This document shows positions 1 through 10,215 of a DNA stretch of 64,000 nt, one piece after another. The DNA comes from a virus. The stretch's first letter is position 1; every line of letters begins with the position of its first letter. The stretch spans positions 1-64,000 of IMG/VR virus record IMGVR_UViG_3300029955_000013. The stretch is one strand, 5' to 3'. A program made the translations under genes and the position numbers. A model generated the notes under the pieces. That model made no database searches, was not told where the DNA came from, and saw only the letters and a program-made list of their open reading frames with translations.

Positions 1-1
1 G

Positions 2-757
2 TGTTACAAAGATCCAAACACGAATGCTCTCATCTCGCTTACGCAGACGACACAAATTCCAGTGCCGGTTAGCTGGACGTCCGCAAAAATAGGTGAAGCA
101 GCAGGCATAACAAACACATCTATGCCTAACTACGTATTCGAGGCCACATTAGTGGGCGACATAGTAACACTCGACCCTTCCACCAACTCCACCGGCACTG
201 AAGGCCAAATAGCCTACGGCCAGATAAACGGACTTGATGGTTCCCCAAACAGCGATAGTATTACGATATACGGCGGCTATTTTTACTACCACAGCGGCAC
301 CTGGAATAACGACGGTTTATACCCCGCCATATATTCGATCGGTGGATCACAGCCACTGCCATACATAACAAATTATACAAACCTCCCATACAACGTAAAA
401 GAAATATTAGTACAAATCGGCACATTCCAGGGCTTTGATAGCACCGGCTCGGCCAACCCAACCAACTTCGATGGGGACTCATTGGGTATAGCAGATAGGG
501 ATGTAACTTTGCCTTTTAACGTAAGTACACAGACCATAGACGACGGGGAGATGCTTGAAAAAGTATTGGTAGTAGACTCCAATAATCCAATTGTAAGCGT
601 AGGCACCACCAATGGCGGCTCGGACATTTACGACCCTGTCCAAATGACTGGAGGCCAGTTAATACTCGCTGGTGATGTATACTTTGCTAACAGCGCCACC
701 ATATATATAAATGGTGTAACCCCAAATACAAGTCTCGTTAAAATATTTAAAAGATAA
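2..757 (+). CDS. 5'-truncated virion/fibre-associated protein (frame open from window edge)
   Basis: Frame 2 is open from base 2, upstream of the tracked GTG at 62; Gly/Thr/Asn-rich beta-type sequence next to fibre genes. Confidence 0.6.
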   Translation, partial: CYKDPNTNALISLTQTTQIPVPVSWTSAKIGEAAGITNTSMPNYVFEATLVGDIVTLDPSTNSTGTEGQIAYGQINGLDGSPNSDSITIYGGYFYYHSGTWNNDGLYPAIYSIGGSQPLPYITNYTNLPYNVKEILVQIGTFQGFDSTGSANPTNFDGDSLGIADRDVTLPFNVSTQTIDDGEMLEKVLVVDSNNPIVSVGTTNGGSDIYDPVQMTGGQLILAGDVYFANSATIYINGVTPNTSLVKIFKR

Positions 758-760
758 ATT

Positions 761-3127
761 ATGAAAAAATTATTACTGTCATTATTAATTGCATTCTCTA
801 TAATAAAGGTCGGTGCACAGAACGTCGTGCAAGCCAATATTGTGAACGCAAAGCAGACATTGATCTTAAACAGTTTCAGCTTGAACGGTGTATTGGACGA
901 TTCTTCACTCGCTGGTAACAGCCATACGACCGTGCCTACAACGTATGCGATCTATAATTACATACATAACCACATGTCTGGTGGCGGTAGTGTGGATTGG
1001 AGTTCTATAACTGGCAAGCCTAACAATATAGTTGGCTACGGAATCACTGATGCTTACCCGTTGAGCGGAAACCCATCTAATTTCCTTACTTCAATAACAA
1101 GCAGCAACGTAACAACCGCATTGGGATTTACGCCATATAATGCTACAAACCCTTCTGGATATATAACTTCATCCGCGTTGTCTTCTTATGTGCCTACTAC
1201 AACGACGATAACAATAAACGGAATCACCTATGACTTAAGTACAAACAGGAGTTGGACAATCTCTGGTGGCGGGGGTGGAACAAACTACTTCACTAAGAGC
1301 GGTAATATAGTTTCGTTGGTGACGCCTGGCGATTCGCTCGTGGCAAATGGTTTTGCAAACATTGGTGGATTCGTCCACAACGGCTTATCAAATGGTTTAA
1401 ACTACAATTTCGTCGTCTTCAATGATGACACAGTAAACATTTCCGCAAACTCTATAGCCGCACTTGGGGCTACACACATAGCTACGCTTAATGCTGGAGA
1501 TAGCGTTTTTACGCTCGGCGGAAACTATATCCTTGGCAAGGGACAAACAGCTGACTACTTCGGTCAAATAAAATCAAGACTTGGATGGCTTGATTATTCA
1601 GGTGTTTTCCACGGTGTGTATGTTAGGGACAGTACAGAAACAGACGTTTACGGCGATACACATTTAAAGAACGATTTATACTTCGATGCTCAAACCTCAT
1701 TCATTAGCGGCACCTCGTTCATTAACGCGGTAGTTCCAGGCACCGCAATAAAAAACGTCCTCAATGTGACGAGTTTGATAAATCAAAGCAGTTTTTTTAT
1801 TGGCGATGATGCTGCTAACGGTACTGTAGAAATGGGTAACTATAGTTCTACAGGTGTAGAACTCTTTAAAACACACGGTGGCAGTACACCTTATATATCA
1901 TTTAATAATAGTGGGTTTAGTATTTTCCCAAATGGAACAACTTATTTTCAAAATGGCAATAATGGACTTGGTATCTCTTCAAGTCAAGAGAATTTTACTA
2001 ACCACTATGGAACTCAAATATTTTCATGGTCAGAAGGTGCATCAACACCAAGTGTAAATCTACAAGCCAACGGAACTATATTATTTAACACTCCTGGGTC
2101 GGCTGGGAATAAAAATGATTTGATTAATCAATCAGGTTTCGCATTCACTTCTGGTGATTTTGGTTTCGCATTCGTGCCAAGCTCAACGACTGCTTATATG
2201 GGTTCGTTTCTATCGAAAACTAAAGGCGTGTCCTTCCCGCAATTAGGCCAAACCGCTCAAACCAATTTGGGAGATCTTTTCCTTACTACTTCTGGTCATG
2301 CAACAGCCGGATTTGGTGCTGGCGGATATGGCACATGGTTTAATACGGTAGATTATGTTGACAGCGCTTCATCAAGAAGGATGTACTTGTTACAATACGC
2401 ATATAGCCGTCTAAACGGCTTATACGATTTAAGGAATATTTTTGCGAGATATTCAATTGAGAGCTACAACCAGGTAGGAAGCGTAATGACCAGTTCTGTA
2501 GACAATATAAATATTTCTGATACGCTTACAATATCTCCGCTCGAGGGTAGCACATTCTATGGAAATCTATCTCAAGCAACGACTTATATTTATTTTAACA
2601 GAGGTGGAAACACAACTTTATTACAGGGGAATAAAATAAAATTTGTATTAACTAATACTTATGCTCCGGCAAGCGTTCCGACCGCCACCCAAGTTAATTT
2701 TCCTACCACATGGAGATGGGACGGGCGTAAACCTACGGCCGTTGCACCAGGCAGGGAGATAATGTTGGAAGTAACCACCAATGACACGGCCGCGGCCGCT
2801 ATTGTATATGCTCATTGGATCGATGATAGCAGCCAGACTATCATGGGTGGCATAATAAACAAAACAATATTCACTCCAACAACAGGCAGTACCATAACGG
2901 CTTTAAACAGGTATCTTAACTTAATAAGCCCTACAGGAGCGCTCGCCACCTTAACCATAAACCTTCCACTGTCACCATTGGATGGTGACGAAGTTAAATT
3001 CAAGTTTACACAAAGCATAGCAAGCTTGAGCTTTTCTGGCGCAACCGTTAAAGGCGCCCTAACAACCGCTTCGCAAGGACAAGAAATAACGCTTACCTGG
3101 GATGCGGGTACATCTTCTTACTATTAA
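761..3127 (+). CDS. Fibre/adhesin-like protein with N-terminal Sec signal peptide
   Basis: MKKLLLSLLIAFSIIKVGA|Q signal; WSSITGKP and GYGITDA tail-fibre repeat motifs; paralogue of 5119..8070. Confidence 0.7.
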   Translation: MKKLLLSLLIAFSIIKVGAQNVVQANIVNAKQTLILNSFSLNGVLDDSSLAGNSHTTVPTTYAIYNYIHNHMSGGGSVDWSSITGKPNNIVGYGITDAYPLSGNPSNFLTSITSSNVTTALGFTPYNATNPSGYITSSALSSYVPTTTTITINGITYDLSTNRSWTISGGGGGTNYFTKSGNIVSLVTPGDSLVANGFANIGGFVHNGLSNGLNYNFVVFNDDTVNISANSIAALGATHIATLNAGDSVFTLGGNYILGKGQTADYFGQIKSRLGWLDYSGVFHGVYVRDSTETDVYGDTHLKNDLYFDAQTSFISGTSFINAVVPGTAIKNVLNVTSLINQSSFFIGDDAANGTVEMGNYSSTGVELFKTHGGSTPYISFNNSGFSIFPNGTTYFQNGNNGLGISSSQENFTNHYGTQIFSWSEGASTPSVNLQANGTILFNTPGSAGNKNDLINQSGFAFTSGDFGFAFVPSSTTAYMGSFLSKTKGVSFPQLGQTAQTNLGDLFLTTSGHATAGFGAGGYGTWFNTVDYVDSASSRRMYLLQYAYSRLNGLYDLRNIFARYSIESYNQVGSVMTSSVDNINISDTLTISPLEGSTFYGNLSQATTYIYFNRGGNTTLLQGNKIKFVLTNTYAPASVPTATQVNFPTTWRWDGRKPTAVAPGREIMLEVTTNDTAAAAIVYAHWIDDSSQTIMGGIINKTIFTPTTGSTITALNRYLNLISPTGALATLTINLPLSPLDGDEVKFKFTQSIASLSFSGATVKGALTTASQGQEITLTWDAGTSSYY

Positions 3128-3137
3128 TAATTAATTT

Positions 3138-5114
3138 ATGAAAAAAATAATTTCATTTTTAGTCATAGCTATGGTGTTTTTTAAAGCTAACAGCCAAGCA
3201 ATAATAGACACATTTCCGGCCGCAGTAGGCTCAACTAAACAGTTCACAATATCTTCTAACATACAAGGTGTGATGACCAATGGGGACCCGTACGTTGTTG
3301 GTTTTAATGTCAATTATCCAGAACCTTCAAAGCCGATTGAGGTAGTAAGGATAGATATTCTAACACAACAAGTCGTAACCAAGAGGATAGACAGCTCACA
3401 GTATTACGCTGGACAGCTTTGGGCCTCTACTTACGATTCAACTGGCACCGTCTATATATCGGCAATTTACGGGCCAGGCGCTGGACACGTTTACAGACTT
3501 GACTTGAAGGACCCAGATACCATAGGCCTTCATGACCTTGGCGCACCATTTTCAGGCACTACTGTATACTCAATGGCATTAGGCAGGGATGGCAAAATAT
3601 ATATGGGCGAGGAAGGAGATAGCAAGCCTGGCTTTTACGATCCGGTTACAAAAACATTTACAACTTATTCGACAATAAACTATCTCGAAAACTACATCCT
3701 ATCGGTAACAGGAGATACCGATTGGGTTTATTCTCAAGTCGGACAGACCGATAGCATTTTTCTATATGCGACAAGGAAATCTGATGGCGTGCATTTCGAG
3801 CTGTCAAGTAATCCTGTATCAACTCGTTACAACCTAACGACAGAAAAGGGGTATTGTATGGTACAACAAGACTATGCCGGCGGTGGACTTCCAGCCGGTT
3901 TTTACTATTTGTATGGAGGCGCAATGCACACAACGCAACCACCATGGACGGTAGGGGATCCAACCGCAGGCGATCAAATAAACTATTATGAAATATACAA
4001 CACACCGGTCGCCGGATATTATTATAACACATCAATATATGACCCTATAACGAACTATGTCTTTATGACCCACGGTTTCGGCACCGGATCGGCAACGATA
4101 GATAGTGTAGTTGTACCTGCAGATAGTTTACTGCTGACCATCAGCGGCCCGATATTCACAATTGACGACACGACCATATATTATAAAGCGAACATACAAT
4201 ACGGCCCGGAATACAGCTACAATATATACACCGGCGTTGTACACCCTCTCGGTAACACACCTACCAATTTGTACTCCGCGTTAATAGACAACAGACCAGG
4301 ACACAAAGGCGTGTACCTCGGAGGCTACCCGTCTGGCGCCGTCATGTATTACGATTTCACACAGCCATGGACGACGGACAAACTAATTCAAGCACAGGTC
4401 GTCCCGTTAACCACATCGAGCAACCCGAGCCTAATAACTTACTTCAAGACGTCGAGTACTCCGCCGGCTGGTTTCCACCACACGTACACCTTGAATTATG
4501 ATTACAGCGACACCATTATAGTCGCCACCGGAGAAGTGATAAGGATAGCTAACACAATCGGTCTCGGCTGTTATAACGTAAATCAAAACCTCGCTCTCGG
4601 CATAGATTATACTATTAGGCCAAACTTGTTGTATGACGGAGGCCTCGCCTCATATAAAAAGTGGACACTGATGACATCAGGGTCCGCCGACACCACGGTT
4701 GAGAAACCTTTTATATTTTTCTATAATGCCCAAAACAACACGATAGAAGACAGCATAAACATACCTGGCTTTACAGACTATGGCAACATATTCGTCGTTG
4801 GCGATAACCTATATGGAATCAACTCGACTAAGGAATATAAGATGAATCTATTGACGAGAAAAATAATTGACACCGTGTCATACCAAAATCAATCTGGCTA
4901 TTACATACTTTCCGATGGCAGACTTCTCGGCTCAGGTATCCCGAGATCATTCTACCCTTATCAGGCAACTTTCCAAGATATAAGCATAGGTTACGAACAC
5001 AATGGGATAATATACGGCGTTAACTCTGTAGGCCAACTGGTAAGAGTTAGAAACTATATCAAAAAGAACAATACAAATTCGGCTATAGGAAGATACTTGT
5101 ATTTAAAAAAATAA
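3138..5114 (+). CDS. Signal-peptide protein, probable beta-propeller
   Basis: MKKIISFLVIAMVFFKANS|Q; blade-like repeats (YSMALGRDGKIYMG, VYLGGYPSGAVMYYD). Confidence 0.6.
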   Translation: MKKIISFLVIAMVFFKANSQAIIDTFPAAVGSTKQFTISSNIQGVMTNGDPYVVGFNVNYPEPSKPIEVVRIDILTQQVVTKRIDSSQYYAGQLWASTYDSTGTVYISAIYGPGAGHVYRLDLKDPDTIGLHDLGAPFSGTTVYSMALGRDGKIYMGEEGDSKPGFYDPVTKTFTTYSTINYLENYILSVTGDTDWVYSQVGQTDSIFLYATRKSDGVHFELSSNPVSTRYNLTTEKGYCMVQQDYAGGGLPAGFYYLYGGAMHTTQPPWTVGDPTAGDQINYYEIYNTPVAGYYYNTSIYDPITNYVFMTHGFGTGSATIDSVVVPADSLLLTISGPIFTIDDTTIYYKANIQYGPEYSYNIYTGVVHPLGNTPTNLYSALIDNRPGHKGVYLGGYPSGAVMYYDFTQPWTTDKLIQAQVVPLTTSSNPSLITYFKTSSTPPAGFHHTYTLNYDYSDTIIVATGEVIRIANTIGLGCYNVNQNLALGIDYTIRPNLLYDGGLASYKKWTLMTSGSADTTVEKPFIFFYNAQNNTIEDSINIPGFTDYGNIFVVGDNLYGINSTKEYKMNLLTRKIIDTVSYQNQSGYYILSDGRLLGSGIPRSFYPYQATFQDISIGYEHNGIIYGVNSVGQLVRVRNYIKKNNTNSAIGRYLYLKK

Positions 5115-5118
5115 ATTA

Positions 5119-8070
5119 ATGAAAAAATTATTACTGTCATTATTAATTGCATTCTCTATAATAAAAGTTGGTGCACAGAACGTCGTACAAGGTAATATTG
5201 TGAACGCGAAGCAAACACTGATCATAAACGGTTTCAGCTTGAGCGGCGTGCTGGACGATTCCTCGCTCGCTGGTAATGATCATACGACCGTGCCTACGTC
5301 TTACGCTATATACAATTACATACATAACCACATGTCTGGTGGCTCTACTGCGTGGAGCGCGATAACAGGCAAGCCAACGACACTTTCGGGTTATGGTATT
5401 ACAGATGCTTACCCGTTGAGCGGTAACCCGTCTAATTTCCTTACAGGTATTACCAGCAGCAATGTAACCACTGCTTTGGGTTATACGCCTTACAATTCAA
5501 CAAACCCAAGCGGTTATACAACACAATCAAATAACGATGCCCGTTACCCGCAATTGTCGGGTAGCTATACAAACCCAAGTTGGATTACTACATTTTCTTG
5601 GAGCAAAATTACAGGCACACCAACTACCTTAAGCGGGTACGGTATAACGGATGCCACATTGCAGGCAATAACAGGTGTTAGCGGCACAACAACAAACAGC
5701 ATAACAGCCAACGGACTTGTTACAACAGGGGTGTTTGGGCAGATAGCAGGCGCAAATAACTTTTTTGTTTACCCCAACCCAACCCCTTTAAGCACAGCCA
5801 CTACAATGTATTGGCCAAGCAAGCCCGGTGATACCTTGGCGGTAAAAAGCGATGTAACCAATGCGGTAAATACCGCCGTGCCAAGCCAAACTGGCAACAG
5901 TGGAAAGTTTTTAACCACTAACGGTACGGCCACCAGTTGGGCAGCGGCAAGCGGTGGCGGCAGTGCGGCAGCGCATGGCTTGGGTACTATATTCGCTACC
6001 AACACTTGGGTTAATACTACAAATTGGACTGCCAACGGTGCCACGCCAACTATAAGCGGCGGCAAATTGGTTGTTACGTACAGCAGTGGCAATTTGCCAA
6101 GCGCGGATTATAATTATTATTCCATGCTGGAAAAATGGAATTTCTTTGCAAGAATAATAGCAACCAACACAAGCGCAAAAATTGGGATTGGCATACACAG
6201 CACGAACGTGTATGAAGGGTTTTCATTGTATGCGCAAGTGGATGCCTCAACGGGTTACCTTACCTTGACCTCAACAGACCTGTCCGGCGGCACATATACA
6301 CCAAGCGTGCAGGCAACAAGTGCAGGACATCTGACTATTAGCACAAACGACAAGATTGTTATTGATTTGGAACGGGATATTGACAGCATATATTGTTACG
6401 CGCTTGATGCCACAACGGCAGCAGGTTGGGTTAAATGCGCATTCGCTTATAACACAAACGGAACTAACCAAGGAACACCTAACACTGGGCGTTTTGGCTT
6501 TGTTGCCAATACAGGAGCTTTTACGGTAGACAGCATGGGCATATCAAGCAACGAACTGATCGGGGCAAATATGTATGTTACATGCGACAGCAAGGGTACA
6601 TACGTAGCCAATGGTTTTAACAGCAGGTGGCCGCAAAAGTTAGCAAACTTCTTTTACCCCTCCGTAGTGGCCATAGGCGGCAGCGAAGGGGTAAGAGACG
6701 TGGTAAACAGGCTTCCCGAAATTATTTCTTTGGCACCAAAATACGTATTGCTGTGTATAGGTAGGAATGACGTTGCATATTCTTATTCAAACTTGTATAC
6801 AGATTATGGCACCATTGTAAGTACGCTCACTGCTGCTGGCATTACCGTGGTGAATATGAACCAAATTTGGGAAAATTACGGAATATCACTATCCACTTTG
6901 TCAAACTGGATTTCTACAAATTACCCAACCTCCTACATTGACACATACACGCCTACGCAGCAGCTTGGTGTCACAGGCAACTGGAGTGACCAAATACACC
7001 CCATACAGAGTGAGCATGATATTGTTTACAACACGGTAATACAGTCAAGAAAAATACCTACCACATCTGACTTTCGTTCAATGGTAAGGATGAACGTGCC
7101 GCCAACGGTTTTAAAGCTTGATAATTTTGGCGCGAACCAGTTTATAGGCGGCAGTGGAAACGACACAAGTACACAAGGAGCAACAGATAATTATGCGTGG
7201 GGACCTGGTGCATTAAGCGGCATATCTTCGGGACTGCATAATTATGCATGGGGTACCGGTGCCGGTAAAAGCGAAAATACCGGCAACTCAAATATATACA
7301 TAGGCAATTTTGCGGGGTGGCAAAATGAAGGTTCTACATATAGTATTTTTTTAGGGGACCACGCTGGGCAAAATGCACTATATCCCCCAACATATACCGC
7401 AACTGATAATTTGTTTTTAGGGAACTACTCCGGTACAAGTATAACCTCAAACGGTAGTCATAATATATTCTTAGGAAACAAGGCTGGGTTTCAAACTTCA
7501 ACCGTAAACAGTAGCCTAATAATTGGCGGCGGCCTTGACGGCTCTTCAAACCCTAATGATTTAGTTTACGGCTCTTTCAATACGGGGCAGATGAGGATAG
7601 GGTTAAACCCGGCAAATAGTACCGCGTTTTCCGCTGGCGCAACATTAGAGGTTATGGGCGGCATAAAAATTGGCGGCAACACGGTTGGCGGCACTTCCGA
7701 AGGCACGTTTTTTTATGATAACACAAAGCATACTCCTTATTGGTACAATGGAAGCAATAACACTTCTAATGTTTTAGCTAAGAGCATACTTACACCAGCA
7801 GCGGCAAGTACTGCCGTTTGTTACCCGAACACATTTACTATACTTAACCCTGCATCTTCTTTATCAAGCATGACAATGCAATTATTTACAGGCTCTTACG
7901 CAAAGGATAATGACGTTGTTGAATTTGTTGCAGAGAATACTATTAGCGGAGTGTCCTATTACGTTGCCGGGGGGAGCGGAGGCAACTTATGCGTAAATTG
8001 CCCTACAACTTTTGTTACCGGTGTCCATTACAAGATAGTGTACAATGTTGCTGACGGAAACTGGTATTAA
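5119..8070 (+). CDS. Fibre/adhesin-like protein with signal peptide and SGNH/GDSL esterase domain
   Basis: N-terminus nearly identical to 761 ORF; SGNH blocks CDS / G / GRND / DQIH; Gly-Asn 'N.F.G..AG' repeats. Confidence 0.72.
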   Translation: MKKLLLSLLIAFSIIKVGAQNVVQGNIVNAKQTLIINGFSLSGVLDDSSLAGNDHTTVPTSYAIYNYIHNHMSGGSTAWSAITGKPTTLSGYGITDAYPLSGNPSNFLTGITSSNVTTALGYTPYNSTNPSGYTTQSNNDARYPQLSGSYTNPSWITTFSWSKITGTPTTLSGYGITDATLQAITGVSGTTTNSITANGLVTTGVFGQIAGANNFFVYPNPTPLSTATTMYWPSKPGDTLAVKSDVTNAVNTAVPSQTGNSGKFLTTNGTATSWAAASGGGSAAAHGLGTIFATNTWVNTTNWTANGATPTISGGKLVVTYSSGNLPSADYNYYSMLEKWNFFARIIATNTSAKIGIGIHSTNVYEGFSLYAQVDASTGYLTLTSTDLSGGTYTPSVQATSAGHLTISTNDKIVIDLERDIDSIYCYALDATTAAGWVKCAFAYNTNGTNQGTPNTGRFGFVANTGAFTVDSMGISSNELIGANMYVTCDSKGTYVANGFNSRWPQKLANFFYPSVVAIGGSEGVRDVVNRLPEIISLAPKYVLLCIGRNDVAYSYSNLYTDYGTIVSTLTAAGITVVNMNQIWENYGISLSTLSNWISTNYPTSYIDTYTPTQQLGVTGNWSDQIHPIQSEHDIVYNTVIQSRKIPTTSDFRSMVRMNVPPTVLKLDNFGANQFIGGSGNDTSTQGATDNYAWGPGALSGISSGLHNYAWGTGAGKSENTGNSNIYIGNFAGWQNEGSTYSIFLGDHAGQNALYPPTYTATDNLFLGNYSGTSITSNGSHNIFLGNKAGFQTSTVNSSLIIGGGLDGSSNPNDLVYGSFNTGQMRIGLNPANSTAFSAGATLEVMGGIKIGGNTVGGTSEGTFFYDNTKHTPYWYNGSNNTSNVLAKSILTPAAASTAVCYPNTFTILNPASSLSSMTMQLFTGSYAKDNDVVEFVAENTISGVSYYVAGGSGGNLCVNCPTTFVTGVHYKIVYNVADGNWY

Positions 8071-8094
8071 TCAATATTTAAAACTAAAAAATAA

Positions 8095-9549
8095 ATGCAA
8101 AACAATATAATCCTGCTGGAAAAAACAACGGGCAAAAAAGTGATCCTGATCAAAGAAGATGAGCCTGTGCTTTCAGCAAGGAGGCTCGGCGCTAAACAAG
8201 CCCTTATAAAAAAAGGATTCGACGACCTTAGCGAGAGCCAATACGCTGTTCTATACATCATAAACAAATTCGGCAGGAGCTCGTTACCCAAGCCTTACAA
8301 CTCTCTCGGACGCGGACAGATCGCAAGAGAGGCCGGCATAAAGGGAAGCACTTTCGCCTTGAACGGGCAGAAGATGAAGGCCTACCTGAACGGCGACCTC
8401 GAAGCCGGCGACGGTTGGCCAAAAGGAACCGAGTTCATCGAAAAGGTCAAAGGCATGAGCGCGGCGCAACTGAGCAACCTTGCCTTACAAGCTTTCGTTA
8501 ACAACCAGAACAAGGCCGAGGTGAATAAGACTAACGACCAGATAGGAAACAAGCGCAGCCTGAAATTACTCACACCTGACGAAAGGGCAAGGGTGGATGC
8601 AAAGCGCGCGGAAATGGGCAAGGAACCAATCAACTGGGAAAAGGTTATGATGGGCGAATCAAAAAAAAAGAAACGCCATAACTACTCAGGCATAGGCTTC
8701 ATAAACGGCGTCAGAATGGGCGATTGTGGAGACTGCGGCGCGAAACAGGTCAACATATCGTCTCACGACTGCGACGAGAGTGAAGGCGCACCAGAAGCAG
8801 ATTCAGCTCCCGCAGCTTTATCTGAGGGCTCCATCAAGAACCCGAACATTTCCAACTCCGGGCTGACAAACTATCTCGCTGTTGCAAAGGCTGGCCAGAG
8901 AAACGGGCACGTAAAGAACATAATGGACGGCACCGCATACAAAGGCGAAGACCCTTACTTCACCATCGAAAAGAACGACGGCACGTATGACATGGTTGAG
9001 CTTGACCGTGGCAACGGAGCGATCGCTGTGTTTTACGACATCGAAGGAGCAATAGGCGGCAAGGACCACGACATCATGTCGATCGATGAGTTCAAGAGGT
9101 ACGTCTCTAAACTTCCAAAACAAACAGCCGCTCCAATTATGGAAGACGTTGATTTACACCAGTCTGATGAATATCCAACACTTGATAATTATTTGAAAAT
9201 AGCAATAGCTGGTTACCACAATGGCCACATTACTAACTTAGACGATTCGTCAAATTACAATGATGGCCAACACTTCTCGATGACAAAATTAAATGGTAAA
9301 ATCGACGTTGTTGAAATGGATCCAACAAGTGATACTGGGAACGCCTTGTTGCACAAAGATGTAAAGGGAAACAATTTTGAACACGATTCAACGTGGGTAG
9401 ATCAAACAAAATTCAAACAGTATGTCGCATCTCTACCAAAAGGACCGTCTCTAAAAGAAAGAACGCCATGGATGAATGGACAAAAAAATATAGAAGAAAA
9501 CACGAAAGATGAGAGAAAAGTAGAGGGCAAGAGGAACCACAACGTGTAA
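8095..9549 (+). CDS. Hypothetical late protein with two tandem ~95-aa repeats, possible internal head protein
   Basis: LTNYLAVAKAG..NGH..FKRYVSKLPK versus LDNYLKIAIAG..NGH..FKQYVASLPK; TATTTAAAA upstream. Confidence 0.6.
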   Translation: MQNNIILLEKTTGKKVILIKEDEPVLSARRLGAKQALIKKGFDDLSESQYAVLYIINKFGRSSLPKPYNSLGRGQIAREAGIKGSTFALNGQKMKAYLNGDLEAGDGWPKGTEFIEKVKGMSAAQLSNLALQAFVNNQNKAEVNKTNDQIGNKRSLKLLTPDERARVDAKRAEMGKEPINWEKVMMGESKKKKRHNYSGIGFINGVRMGDCGDCGAKQVNISSHDCDESEGAPEADSAPAALSEGSIKNPNISNSGLTNYLAVAKAGQRNGHVKNIMDGTAYKGEDPYFTIEKNDGTYDMVELDRGNGAIAVFYDIEGAIGGKDHDIMSIDEFKRYVSKLPKQTAAPIMEDVDLHQSDEYPTLDNYLKIAIAGYHNGHITNLDDSSNYNDGQHFSMTKLNGKIDVVEMDPTSDTGNALLHKDVKGNNFEHDSTWVDQTKFKQYVASLPKGPSLKERTPWMNGQKNIEENTKDERKVEGKRNHNV

Positions 9550-9638
9550 TTCAATTTTGTATATTAAAAACAAAACAATATACAATATTTAAAAATTAAA
9601 TGGATTATTAATCATCCAAAAAAATTAAAACTTAAAAA

Positions 9639-10133
9639 ATGCCAACATCTCTCTTTAGCGGGATTCCAAATGAATTTCCAATGCTCCGTAAGGACATGTG
9701 GTCCATCATATTTCCTCCTGAGATGGGTATATCAGAAAGGTTCCAGGTGAAAGCTGCGAGGCCTAAGGTGACCAACTCGTTGAAGGAAGTAAAATACAAG
9801 CTCGGGTACACGAAGTACGCGGGCTCAAGCAAGTTCGAACCTATGACAATCGTCTTCCGCGACGTCGTCGGGCCATCTGTTATGCAGAAGCTATGGCAGT
9901 GGCAGAGAGAGCACTACGACCCGGCAACCGGCTGCGGCGGCTACCCATCGATCTACAAGAAGACGCTTACGCTTCTCATGGAAGACGACTGCGGAAACCC
10001 TGTTCAGAGCTGGACGCTAAACGGCGCGTTTATCACGGAGCTCGACGGCGGTGAGCTTGACATGAACAACGACGGCGACATTGCTGAGGTATCCCTTAAT
10101 GTTTCCTACGATTCAGCGATTTTGAACTATTAA
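9639..10133 (+). CDS. T4 gp19-like tail tube protein
   Basis: 164 aa; RPK, KYAG..KFEPMTIVFRD, LWQWQ, YKKTLTL, WTLNGAF, V.YD pattern typical of gp19 tube proteins. Confidence 0.85.
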   Translation: MPTSLFSGIPNEFPMLRKDMWSIIFPPEMGISERFQVKAARPKVTNSLKEVKYKLGYTKYAGSSKFEPMTIVFRDVVGPSVMQKLWQWQREHYDPATGCGGYPSIYKKTLTLLMEDDCGNPVQSWTLNGAFITELDGGELDMNNDGDIAEVSLNVSYDSAILNY

Positions 10134-10156
10134 TTTTCGATCGAGACTATATTCTG

Positions 10157-10185
10157 GAGGACACCAAATGGTGTCCTTTTTTATT
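10157..10185 (+). terminator. Intrinsic terminator
   Basis: AGGACACCA-AA-TGGTGTCCT hairpin followed by T-tract. Confidence 0.8.
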
Positions 10186-10215
10186 TGTACAAAAGGTATT
10201 TAAAAATAAAAATAG

